Shown here: one piece after another, positions 27,957 to 38,100 of the stretch | How the letters are laid out: every line of letters starts with the position of its first letter | Numbering within the stretch: position 1 is the stretch's first letter | Assembly (NCBI GenBank): GCA_016288305.1 | Contig: JAEEYW010000001.1 | Location: 1 to 57,882, forward strand | Length of the DNA: 57,882 bases | DNA from: Bacillales bacterium | GTDB lineage: Bacteria > Bacillota_I > Bacilli_A > RF39 > UBA660 | Reading direction: 5' to 3' | Translations under genes and position numbers: made by a program | The notes under the pieces: model-generated | Told to the model about the DNA's origin: nothing | The model's input: only the letters and a program-made list of their open reading frames with translations | Database searches by the model: none

Positions 27957-28617
27957 TACATCCTCTTTGATTCCATTTGAAAATAATTAGTGATATAACA
28001 TACATAAGAACTAATATAAACATAAAAACAAAAACAATTGTATTCAAACCACCTTGTGCGAAACCATAGAAATCATAATCATATGATATCACGCCATTTT
28101 CAACATGCATCAAAATATTAGAAACATAAAATATACCATATAACAAAACAGGAATTAAAGCTAAATAAATCGTTTTGTTATTCAATTTAACCTTCTCGTA
28201 TTTAGCAAATGATATGATAGCTAAAAGAGGCACAATTAGATGAAATAATAAATTACTATTAACATATAATAAATAAAATTTGTTACCATAAAACCTTGTT
28301 AACCAAAACAAAGTTATAAAGAAAGTTAAAGCCACAGCTGAAGCACCTATATATTTTAAAATATAAACAAAATTAGGTATTACAATTTTCTTTTTCAAAT
28401 TTAAGTATTCATAAATAGCTAATATAAGTGAAACAATACCAACTAAAATATTAGAATCAACTGTAAAATATCTAAAAGCCGAAAAACTACTACTAGATAA
28501 CACTTCTAATTTAACCATAAATTGAAATCCTGTCATCATAAAAATAGTTCCTAATAAAACTAATATAAAAATAATAGTATTATAAATTAAAGATTTTTTA
28601 ATATTCATCAAAACCAC
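27946..28617 (-). CDS. Hypothetical integral membrane protein (about 6 TM)
   Basis: Hydrophobic segment pattern only. Confidence 0.45.
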   Translation of the reverse strand: MVLMNIKKSLIYNTIIFILVLLGTIFMMTGFQFMVKLEVLSSSSFSAFRYFTVDSNILVGIVSLILAIYEYLNLKKKIVIPNFVYILKYIGASAVALTFFITLFWLTRFYGNKFYLLYVNSNLLFHLIVPLLAIISFAKYEKVKLNNKTIYLALIPVLLYGIFYVSNILMHVENGVISYDYDFYGFAQGGLNTIVFVFMFILVLMYVISLIIFKWNQRGCNDR

Positions 28618-28715
28618 CCAATAACATTATATAGTATTTACATGTAAAAAGCAAAAACTTTCATTGACAAATATATATCTGCCAACTATAATATACCCTA
28701 TCAAGGAGGCGTTAT

Positions 28716-29528
28716 ATGAAGGTATATCGTATCGTTAGAAATTATATTGATCCTAATTTTATTATGTATAATGATTTTCAATCAATATATTATGACTTAG
28801 GATACATGAGTTTCTCCCATATAATAAATCCGTGGTATGCCAACACAATGTGTGGCAAAATAAAAGAAATCGGTAATTTTTATTTCTTATTTATTGAGGA
28901 TGCTTTGAACTTTACAAACTTTAATATTGCATGTTCAAATACAGTAAAACTATTAGAATTTGATTTTCCTGAAGAGTTAGTATTTTCATTAATTGGTGTT
29001 GGTGAATATGGTGAAACACACAATTTTGGAAAATATGGTTACCCTTGCTCTGAGACATATATTTATAAATCTTCCATAAAAGGAAAAACTATAGATAATA
29101 CTGATATAAAAGATGAAGATATAAAAAAAATAGTCCTACAAGACTTAAAACAAACTATACAAATTCAAATAGATTGCCAATACTATGGTTCTATCTTAAG
29201 AAATATTAAAAAATATCCTGTAAAAAGTATGAATGACATTAAAACAAAAGAATTTAATAGAATATATGATGAGTGTTGCGCCGAAATATTAAAAGATAGA
29301 AGACAAATAATAAAAACGCCTTATATAACAAATAAATCCTGTATGTTAGCTGGAAATACATTGCATGATAATAATATAAACAATAGCTTATTGGAAAAAA
29401 ATGGTTTTCACATTGATAAATCATCAGAATGGCGAAAATTAAAACTTGAAATAGCGCGTAGTTTGGAAAATAATGACACTAAAACTGCTATAGAATGCGT
29501 CAAGAGCATTAAAAGAAACTATCATTGA
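28716..29528 (+). CDS. Hypothetical cytoplasmic protein (270 aa)
   Basis: AGGAGG RBS before the ATG at 28716. No recognisable motif. Confidence 0.5.
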   Translation: MKVYRIVRNYIDPNFIMYNDFQSIYYDLGYMSFSHIINPWYANTMCGKIKEIGNFYFLFIEDALNFTNFNIACSNTVKLLEFDFPEELVFSLIGVGEYGETHNFGKYGYPCSETYIYKSSIKGKTIDNTDIKDEDIKKIVLQDLKQTIQIQIDCQYYGSILRNIKKYPVKSMNDIKTKEFNRIYDECCAEILKDRRQIIKTPYITNKSCMLAGNTLHDNNINNSLLEKNGFHIDKSSEWRKLKLEIARSLENNDTKTAIECVKSIKRNYH

Positions 29529-29578
29529 CATTATTTATGCGTATGCTAAAATATAAATTAGAAAATGAGGATGATAAA

Positions 29579-30253
29579 ATGAAAAAAATACTAGCAAGTT
29601 TAGCCATAATATCTTTTATAATAACTGGATGTAATACAAAAGAAGATATACCAACACCTGATGAACAAAATACACCCAAAATAGAAGTTTTAGAAAAAAC
29701 TATATCTTTAAATAATCAAAAAATAACTGTAAAATTGGACTATGCTTTAGTTAATAGCGACGAAGAAATATATAATGTTATTTTAAATGTAGAAAATAAA
29801 GAATTAGAAAGAATCAAAGTATATGGTATTGATAGTGTAAAAATACTTATGGAAAAAGCAATTATAACAACTATTAAAGGCCAAGATAAAGAGTATTTAT
29901 TATTCAGTCCAAACACTTATTTCACTATTTGGGCTACTTCTGATTTATATATACTAAATACAAACGATATTATAGCTAAATTACATGATGAAGAAAATAT
30001 TTCTTTAGTATTAACTGGTAACGGTATCAATAAATATAAACAAGCAGAAAATGGAAAATATAATAGATTCTATACTATTACAAACGATACAATATACTAT
30101 TTAACTAGTCCTGATGCAAGTATTAAAAATATCACAGAATATGTCGTTACAATCAATAATGACACTATAACAACATCTAAAACAGGAAACAAATTTGTAG
30201 GATCAGAACCTGAAGGTGGAAGTTCTACTTTAGCAACTATTTCAGCATATTAA
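29579..30253 (+). CDS. Lipoprotein (hypothetical)
   Basis: The internal ATG at 29579 follows GAGGA. MKKILASLAIISFIITG|C carries a lipobox (ITGC). Confidence 0.65.
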   Translation: MKKILASLAIISFIITGCNTKEDIPTPDEQNTPKIEVLEKTISLNNQKITVKLDYALVNSDEEIYNVILNVENKELERIKVYGIDSVKILMEKAIITTIKGQDKEYLLFSPNTYFTIWATSDLYILNTNDIIAKLHDEENISLVLTGNGINKYKQAENGKYNRFYTITNDTIYYLTSPDASIKNITEYVVTINNDTITTSKTGNKFVGSEPEGGSSTLATISAY

Positions 30254-30281
30254 AACATCTTGAATTTCAAGATGTTTTTTT
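30253..30281 (+). terminator. Rho-independent terminator of the lipoprotein gene
   Basis: AAACATCTTGAA/TTCAAGATGTTT stem followed by TTTTTTT. Confidence 0.7.
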
Positions 30282-30287
30282 GTACTC

Positions 30288-30364
30288 TGGTGTCCACGGG
30301 CAGAATCGAACTGCCGACCTACAGCTTAGGAGGCTGTCGCTCTATCCTACTGAGCTACGAGGAC
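30288..30364 (-). tRNA. tRNA-Arg (anticodon CCT), CCA encoded
   Basis: The reverse complement folds as a cloverleaf: GTCCTCG-TA-GCTC/AGTAGGATA/GAGC-G-ACAGC/CTCCTAA/GCTGT-AGGTC-GGCAG/TTCGATT/CTGCC-CGTGGAC-A-CCA (77 nt). Confidence 0.9.
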
Positions 30365-30399
30365 GTGAAAGGTTTTAAAAACCTATTCATATTATATCA

Positions 30400-31716
30400 T
30401 TATTTCTTTAAAGCATCTATAATTTTATGCCATAAATTACCTGAAGAATAATTTAAAATACCTACTTTATATACTTTTAAGCCATATCTAATTAATAGAT
30501 ATATAGCAGCAATAGTTAATGATATAGATATAATCATATCAATAGCTGTAAACTCGCCCATTACAAGTAATGAAGGGCTTAAAATAGCTGATATAAATGG
30601 TATATAACCCAATATTCTAATGAATAAAGATCCTTTAAACATGCCAGCCATAATAGCTAAATAATAACCTAATAAATTAGCCATCATAATAGGTGTTTGT
30701 ATTTGTTGGAAATCTTCAGCATTAGTTGTCATACTAGCTAAAACACCAGCTAGTAATGAATACGCTATAAAATTTACTAACATTAATAATAGAATTAAAG
30801 GAATAATAAATTTCAAATTAGATAAGAAACTAAGTGGTAAAACACCATCTAATTGTCCAATTAAACCTGTAGTCATACTTCCTATAGTTGTATTAGTCAC
30901 CATTCCTCTAACAACAAAACCAGCAACTAAATAAATAATTAACAATAAACCTTGTGTGATGATGAAGATATTACCAGCAGCACATTTACTAAAGAAATGA
31001 GTTGCAGGTGAAACATTCGAAATAATTATCTCCATACCTCTTGTTGTCTTTTCGTCATTTACCTCGGCTCCTATCATTTGTACTAAGAAAATAACTAACA
31101 TAAAGAATGGCAATATAACGATAGGAAATACTGTACTCATAATAGCATTCATATTTTCCTCTAAAGAATCTTTAGATTCATCTAATATTGTCCTTTGTAT
31201 ATCAACATTACCTACTAAATCATTGTATTGTTCACTACTAATATTATACTTAACAACAGCTAATTGTGTTTTAACATTACTTAATGACATTGTAATTAAG
31301 GTAGTAGTAACCGTATCAACATAATCATTACTGATCATTTCAACATCAATAATATTATCACTTTTATCAATAACTAATATAATAGCATTTTTTAAATCAT
31401 CTGATAGTTTTTCAACCATTTCGTCTCTAGATAATGTAGCTTTTTCTACTTCATAACTATCCGCCATACCATATTGTTCTAAACCAGCAGTAATAGCTTG
31501 GTTAAACATATCATATGATGATGCATTATCAACTACATATATTTGGTGTTTGTCATCAAAGTCACCACCAAAATATTTAATAATTAAATCAATGTTACTA
31601 ACAGCTATAATAGCTAAAGCTAAAAGAATATTAGCTATAACAAACCATTTAGTTTTCATTTTTCGTTGTAAACTAATTTTTGTTAAATACTTAAATTTAT
31701 TTTTCATATGCTTCAC
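30400..31716 (-). CDS. ABC-2-type transporter permease (NatB-like)
   Basis: N-terminal TM segment, a large extracytoplasmic loop and a C-terminal 5-TM bundle. Overlaps the upstream ABC ATPase gene. Confidence 0.7.
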   Translation of the reverse strand: MKHMKNKFKYLTKISLQRKMKTKWFVIANILLALAIIAVSNIDLIIKYFGGDFDDKHQIYVVDNASSYDMFNQAITAGLEQYGMADSYEVEKATLSRDEMVEKLSDDLKNAIILVIDKSDNIIDVEMISNDYVDTVTTTLITMSLSNVKTQLAVVKYNISSEQYNDLVGNVDIQRTILDESKDSLEENMNAIMSTVFPIVILPFFMLVIFLVQMIGAEVNDEKTTRGMEIIISNVSPATHFFSKCAAGNIFIITQGLLLIIYLVAGFVVRGMVTNTTIGSMTTGLIGQLDGVLPLSFLSNLKFIIPLILLLMLVNFIAYSLLAGVLASMTTNAEDFQQIQTPIMMANLLGYYLAIMAGMFKGSLFIRILGYIPFISAILSPSLLVMGEFTAIDMIISISLTIAAIYLLIRYGLKVYKVGILNYSSGNLWHKIIDALKK

Positions 31717-32605
31717 CTACTTTAGCTATAAATATTTCATTTAAACTTGGTTCTTCAACAACAAATTCAGTTATGTTATTACATTTTTTAACATAGTTGA
31801 AAACATTTGACGTCATATCAATATTTTCTATTTGAACTTTGTATCCATCATTGAATGGGTATGCATCTACAACGCCTTCTATTTTTCTTATTTCATCTAA
31901 AACAATATCACCTTTTATTAAGATATTTTTCTTACGATATTTTTTCTTAATACTAGCTAAATCACCAGACAATACATCTTTACCATTTAGTAAAACCATA
32001 ATTTTTTTACAAAATAATTCAACATGCTCCATACGGTGAGATGAGAAAATAATCATACTACCAGATTTAGATAATTCAATTATCTCTTTTTTAAATAACT
32101 CTATATTTAATGGATCTAAGCCACTAAATGGTTCATCTAATATCAATAAACGTGGTCTATTAATAACAGCTGTAATGAATTGAACCTTTTGTTGATTACC
32201 TTTAGATAATTCTTTAATCTTTTTATTTTTATATTCAGGTATTTCAAATTTAACAAGTAATTCATCCATACGTGATAAAATATCTTCTTCCTTCATACCT
32301 TTTAAAGTTCCATAATATAAGCATTGTTCTTTAACTGTTAATTTAGTTAATAAACTTCTCTCTTCTGTTAAAAAACCAATTTGATCAGTTACGGAATAAT
32401 CAATTTTTTTATCATCCAATGTTATCTTACCTTCACTACATTCTAACAATCCCATAATCATTCTAAATGTAGTTGTTTTACCAGCTCCATTAACACCTAA
32501 TAAACCAAATATTTCTCCTTCTTTAACTTCAAAAGAAATATTATCTACAGCCTTAAAATCACCATAATATTTTGTTACATTCTCTACTTTTAACATCTGT
32601 TTCAC
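31697..32605 (-). CDS. ABC transporter ATP-binding protein (NatA-like)
   Basis: Walker A GVNGAGKTT, signature LSKGNQQK, Walker B LLILDEP. Confidence 0.9.
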   Translation of the reverse strand: MKQMLKVENVTKYYGDFKAVDNISFEVKEGEIFGLLGVNGAGKTTTFRMIMGLLECSEGKITLDDKKIDYSVTDQIGFLTEERSLLTKLTVKEQCLYYGTLKGMKEEDILSRMDELLVKFEIPEYKNKKIKELSKGNQQKVQFITAVINRPRLLILDEPFSGLDPLNIELFKKEIIELSKSGSMIIFSSHRMEHVELFCKKIMVLLNGKDVLSGDLASIKKKYRKKNILIKGDIVLDEIRKIEGVVDAYPFNDGYKVQIENIDMTSNVFNYVKKCNNITEFVVEEPSLNEIFIAKVGEAYEK

Positions 32606-33618
32606 CTCTTAATTATAAATCTAAATATATCATTATATGTAATAATGAACATGAGTATCATTAATAATATCAAACCGATTGAATGAATTAAATTTTCAAA
32701 TTTAACATCAACTTTACTACCTTTAATTTTTTCAATTATCAAAAATAATACTCTACCACCATCAAATGCTGGAAAAGGAAGTAAATTAATAAAACCTACA
32801 TTGATACATAAATAAGCTATTAAGTATATAATATTTAAAAATCCAGCTCTAGCGCTTTGACCAACAATATTATATATACCAACAGGGCCTGATAAAGAAG
32901 ATAAACTAATTTTACCTGTAAATAAATAACTTATTGTAACAACCATTTGCAACATCAAACTATTAAATTTTGTTATAGCATATTTAATAGCGGGAATAAA
33001 TCCTTTTTCAACATTATAACCCAATTCAAAGCCATAAATATAACCATCATCTACCACTTCTGGTTTTAAAACAACATCATATTTTTGACCATTTCTTTCA
33101 ACCACTAACTTTAAATCTTTTCCATAATTTACCTGGTATTCCAACATAAAACGATCATAATCTTTAACTTTAACCTTATCTACTTTTACTATTTTATCAT
33201 TGATGTTTAATACACTATCTTCTTTAACATTAGTCACAACTAATGTATGATATGTATTACCATTAATTAAACCAATGATAAATAAAATAACAATTGCGAA
33301 TAAGAAATTAAACATAACACCGGCAATAACGGTTAAGAAACGTTCTGTCCAAGTCTTTGATTGCATTTTAGCTATTTCTGGTATATCCTTATCCTGTTCC
33401 ATACCTTCGCCAGCCATAGAACAAAAACCACCGATAGGAAACAATCTTATACCATACTCTGTTTCATCATTTTTTCTTTTAAATTTAAATATTCTAGGTC
33501 CCATACCAATACAAAATTCATAAACATATATACCAGCTTTCTTGGCAAATATAAAATGACCTAATTCATGAACAAATATGGTTATACTAAGAACCAAGAC
33601 AAAATAAATAAATGTCAT
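32602..33618 (-). CDS. rseP: Site-2 (RIP) zinc metalloprotease RseP/RasP
   Basis: HELGHF zinc motif in TM1, a central PDZ-like region and a C-terminal NLLPFPAFDGG motif. Confidence 0.9.
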   Translation of the reverse strand: MTFIYFVLVLSITIFVHELGHFIFAKKAGIYVYEFCIGMGPRIFKFKRKNDETEYGIRLFPIGGFCSMAGEGMEQDKDIPEIAKMQSKTWTERFLTVIAGVMFNFLFAIVILFIIGLINGNTYHTLVVTNVKEDSVLNINDKIVKVDKVKVKDYDRFMLEYQVNYGKDLKLVVERNGQKYDVVLKPEVVDDGYIYGFELGYNVEKGFIPAIKYAITKFNSLMLQMVVTISYLFTGKISLSSLSGPVGIYNIVGQSARAGFLNIIYLIAYLCINVGFINLLPFPAFDGGRVLFLIIEKIKGSKVDVKFENLIHSIGLILLMILMFIITYNDIFRFIIKR

Positions 33619-33629
33619 ATTAATCTCCT

Positions 33630-34412
33630 TTATAAAATTGTAATAACAAATAAACTAGCTAACATAACAAAAATCATATTATCTAATCTATCTAAAACAC
33701 CGCCATGTCCAGGCATTAAATTAGAATAATCTTTAATACCATAATTTCTCTTGATTAATGAGAAGAATAAATCACCAAATTGACCAACTATTGATAATAA
33801 AATAGTTATCATAACCGTTTTTAATGGATTAATACCACTAATAAAAATATAAAAATATAAAGAACAAATTAAAGTACCAAATACTAATCCACCTAAAGCA
33901 CCTTCCCAAGATTTATTTGGTGAGATGCTGTTAATTTTATGTTCACCAAATTGTGTACCAATTAATTGTGCGAAACTATCATTTGTACAAGAAATTAAGA
34001 ATAAATATATAAAATAATATAAACTGATATTACGATTTATAATCATAGTAGAAAAACTTATCGCCATAAAAATAGTTATACCTAATAAAGAAAATCCTTT
34101 ATTTGTATTAAATTTAATATCTTTATAGTTATATAACATAATAAAAGCAGACATCAATAAAATAATAGCAAGTAATCTAAAGTCTATAAGATTAGTAAAA
34201 CTAATTTTATGCATATTAGATATAATAATGCCTAAATAAAGAATATAAGTAATAAATTTAATTAATTTGCTTTTTGTCATTAGATTAACAATTTCACGCA
34301 TGCCTAATAAAGATATAATGATAGCATAAACATAAAATGGTTTCCCACCCATAATTATCAAAGGTAAACTAATACATAAAGCTATTAATGCACTAATTAG
34401 TCTTTTTTTCAT
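33630..34412 (-). CDS. cdsA: Phosphatidate cytidylyltransferase
   Basis: C-terminal signature SLIKRNYGIKDYSNLMPGHGGVLDRLD. Confidence 0.9.
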   Translation of the reverse strand: MKKRLISALIALCISLPLIIMGGKPFYVYAIIISLLGMREIVNLMTKSKLIKFITYILYLGIIISNMHKISFTNLIDFRLLAIILLMSAFIMLYNYKDIKFNTNKGFSLLGITIFMAISFSTMIINRNISLYYFIYLFLISCTNDSFAQLIGTQFGEHKINSISPNKSWEGALGGLVFGTLICSLYFYIFISGINPLKTVMITILLSIVGQFGDLFFSLIKRNYGIKDYSNLMPGHGGVLDRLDNMIFVMLASLFVITIL

Positions 34413-35094
34413 AATCTATTCCTCCAAATCGACGATTTCTTCTATTAAACTCTTCTAAAGCTTTATCAAATTCTTTACTATCAAAATCTGGAAACAATAC
34501 ATCAGTAAAATACAATTCAGCATATGATAATTGCCACAACATAAAATTACTTAAACGTATTTCTCTACCAGTACGTATCAATAAATCAATACCTGGTAAA
34601 TCATTATATAAGTATTTTTCAAACAAATTTTCATCTAATATGTTAATATCGACATTATCATTAACTATTTTTTTGCATGCATCAACTATTTCTTTATGTG
34701 AACCATAATTTAAACAAAAATTAATAGTTCCATTTTTATTATCTTTTGTTTTAGATGTTACTTCTTCCATAACATTTATAACATCATCATTTAAATTATC
34801 CCTACTACCTGAGAAAACTATTTTGTAGCCTTTTTTATTATATTCTGTAAAGTTTTTCTTAAACATCTTTACAAATAAATCCATTAAATAATCTACTTCT
34901 TCTTTACTTCGTTTAAAATTTTCAGTTGAAAAGACATATAAGCTTAATACTTTGACACCTTTTGCAAATACATAATCTGTTAGCTTATCTAAGTTTTTAG
35001 CACCTTCTAAGTGTCCTTCACTACGTGATAAGCCTCTTTCCTTAGCCCATCTGCCATTACCATCTAAAATTATTCCTACATGATTTGGTACCAT
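34393..35094 (-). CDS. uppS: Undecaprenyl diphosphate synthase (isoprenyl transferase)
   Basis: HVGIILDGNGRWA, FSTENFKR, and IRTGRE.RLSNFMLWQ..YAE. Confidence 0.95.
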   Translation of the reverse strand: MVPNHVGIILDGNGRWAKERGLSRSEGHLEGAKNLDKLTDYVFAKGVKVLSLYVFSTENFKRSKEEVDYLMDLFVKMFKKNFTEYNKKGYKIVFSGSRDNLNDDVINVMEEVTSKTKDNKNGTINFCLNYGSHKEIVDACKKIVNDNVDINILDENLFEKYLYNDLPGIDLLIRTGREIRLSNFMLWQLSYAELYFTDVLFPDFDSKEFDKALEEFNRRNRRFGGIDYEKKTN

Positions 35095-35112
35095 CTTATC
35101 ACCCTAATTAAT

Positions 35113-35141
35113 ATTATAATATAAATGCTAATTTAATACAA
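35113..35141 (-). promoter_or_regulatory. Sigma-A-type promoter of the uppS-cdsA-rseP operon
   Basis: Minus strand: TTGTAT (35141-35136), a 17-nt spacer, then TATAAT (35118-35113). AGGGTGA RBS. Confidence 0.5.
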
Positions 35142-35142
35142 T

Positions 35143-35166
35143 AAAAAAAGGAGAATAATTCTCCCT
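35143..35166 (-). terminator. Rho-independent terminator of the giant pilin gene
   Basis: Minus strand GGGAGAAT..ATTCTCC followed by TTTTTTT. Confidence 0.6.
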
Positions 35167-35175
35167 TAATATGCT

Positions 35176-38100
35176 TTATGAAGCTGGAATATAACATCTT
35201 CTCTCGCCATTTACAGAATACTCTGAACCTTGTGCACAGGCTTTAATTGTTGGAACATAACATCTATATGAACCATTTGTATAATACGTTGAACCTTGTG
35301 AACATGACAAGTATTCATCAGTAGTCCAACCAGTGCACTCATAAGTCGTACAACTTATTAGCCATTCTGTCTGTTGTTTACCGGTATTAGCGCATGTACG
35401 ACCACATTCAACACCAGTATCACTACCAGGACAAACGTCTGAATATGCTCTACACTTGTCATCTATGCATGTAGAGTGCGTTGACCAACCACATGTACAC
35501 TGTGTATATTCATAACTTCCTGTTTGTCGCACAGAGGTACAATAAGTATCACCATATCTTGTATAAGCTTCACCAACATCACATATATACCCATATGATG
35601 AATTGTTTACGAAACTACCTGTTGAACATGTTGTAGTCGGCGTTGGCGCACCAATATCACATATATATCCTAATGATGAATTATACGTTAATGTTCCTGT
35701 TGTACATTTAAATGAAATGGTTGCTGCTTTATAACATCTCATGCCTGAATCATAACCAGAATAATAACTCCATCCCGATGGACACGAATACCTAGTTACA
35801 TATTCACCATTTTCAGAACAGCTTGTAGTCCAACTATATTCGTCACAAGTTCGATAATACCTAACATAACTTGTTGTATTGTAACAAGATGTCGTACTCC
35901 ACCTACAACCTCTTGAATTGTTATATGGAATACTTTCTGAGTCACAGCATTCATAAGTGCCGTCCCAATCCCATTCTCTAGATGAAACCGGATTGTTAGC
36001 TACGCATATATATCCTGTTGAGGTTTCTGTTAAAGTTCCTTCTGAACATGTAACACTTGCTCTCCATATTGCATATAGTTTAGTATTACTAGAAAAACTA
36101 TATGATGTACCAGGATTATGGGTTACTGCACTTGTGCTAGTACCATAGCCCATGAAGATATAACTTCCTTTTGTAAAATTAGTAACTCTTGGTGCTACTG
36201 AACAGCTTGTATCAGTATTATACATATTACATGTACTTGGCTCCATTGTTCCACTACCACCATTAGCGTCATAACTTACTGTTATTGTCTTATATGTTAT
36301 AGGGTACCATGTTATATTATTTGTATTTGCAGATATCATCAAACTTTTTGTTGATGTGTTATAAGCGGTATTATTACTTGTGTCATTAGCACTTACATTA
36401 TACCCTACAACAGTATAACCATCTCTTGTAATCGTAGGCGCTATTAAAGAACAATTCGTACTTTGAGCATGACCATTATATGATGCTACTATAGTACATG
36501 TTTGATCTTCTGCTGTAGATAACGTTGCACCATTAGCATTAAATTTAGCAGTATATGTTATAGAATCTTTTTTAGTTATCGCATAGTATGTCGCACTGTC
36601 ACTTACACTCTTCTCTGTATTTGCACTCCAACTACTTGTTGTTCCATTTTGTGAAGTATTAAATCCTACTACCGTTGGTGTATTACTTGATGCTGTGATT
36701 GTTGGTGATGTAATTGAACAACTTGTTGCTTCATTCCACATATCACATGACAATGTAATAGCTGTTGTTGAGGCAGAGCCGATACTAGTAGCTCCATTTG
36801 GATCAAATGTTATTGTTACTGTTTTTTTCCATATTGCATATAATGTTATGTTGCTATTTGCTGTATACGAAGCACCACTAGCATATGCTACAGTCGTTGT
36901 GTTTCTAGTTGTACCCCATCCTACAAATGTATAACCTGTTCTTGTTGGTATAGTTGAGGTTATATTAGTACTTAAATCTTGTTGTTTTGTAGTACTTGCT
37001 ATACTTCCTGTTCCACCATTTACATCATAACTAATTGTATAGCTATTTACTGCTATTGCAGTACTTGTTGCCGCATTACCAGCTCCTGTTGTTACTGTTA
37101 CTTTATATGTTCCTGCTTCTGCTGTTGTATAACTAATACCTGTTGCTCCTGTTATTGGTGTTGTTCCATTATACCATTGATAGCTATACCCTGATATCGT
37201 TGTTGATGGTGTTACTGTGGCTGTAAAGACATTCTTGTTACTTGATACAGTCTTAGCTACGCTTACTGTTGGTACAGTTTTATCTACCTTGATTGTATAT
37301 GTTCTTGTACTACTATTTCCAGCTTTATCTGTTGTTGTGACAGTGACATTAGTTCCAGAAGTATTACTTGTGATTGATGTAGCACTTATAGTTGTTGAAC
37401 CATGGCCTGATAATGTATCTGTTCCATTTACAGCTGCTAACGTTACATTAGATTTATACCAACTATTTGTTCCTAATGTACCTGTTATTGTTGCTGTACC
37501 TGCTGTTGGAGCAGTCTTATCTAGTTTATATGCATCACTACATATTACTTCACTTGTTTGATTATAATTATCAGTTGCCTGTACACAGATTCTATTATTA
37601 CTACTTTCTGTACTTATTAAACGTGTTGCCGTAGTATTTGTTACAACAGAACCATTTGTTGGATTACATGTATCTGTTGTGGCTGTACATACTTTGAATT
37701 CTTTTATACCATGTCCTGACTGGTCATATACCTCAATGTCAACAACAAAATCATTTCTTGCCCAGCCATTACTATTTATAGCATTTTCATAACCATAATG
37801 TAACTTAAATGTAACGATTGGCGCGCCGGATGATACTGTTACTTTTCTTGTAACTGTTTTAACGTTACCAGCATTATCTTTTGCTGTATATACAACATTA
37901 GTTACACCAGTCTTTGATGTATCTACTGTCTCTGGTGAATGCGTACATGTATCTACTCCACTTGTTGCATCACTACATGTTACACCTGCATCTAGGTTAA
38001 CTGTAGCTCCTACATTCACATTTATATCGGCTATACCATTAATTTCTGGTTTTGTTTTATCAATCTTAAGTGTAGAACTACATATTTTATCACTTACGTT

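Noticed and set aside
30260-30451. A 63-aa plus-strand ORF.
   Set aside because: It is the antisense reading of the tRNA-Arg gene and the end of the ABC permease gene.
35176-35300. The giant protein as a sortase-anchored or C-terminally membrane-anchored adhesin.
   Set aside because: The C-terminus (...NGERRCYIPAS) has no LPXTG-like motif, hydrophobic segment or positively charged tail.
36979-37194. A plus-strand ORF encoding a striking Cys-rich peptide (MLFCSTCYTSCSTIYIITNC...). The other plus-strand ORFs inside 35176-42141 are in the same class: 35957, 36695, 37217, 38216, 39339, 39626, 40334 and 40700.
   Set aside because: They lie antisense within the giant gene. Their odd composition mirrors its Thr/Ser/Ala/Gly-rich codons, they lack ribosome-binding sites, and their repeats simply follow the sense-strand repeats.
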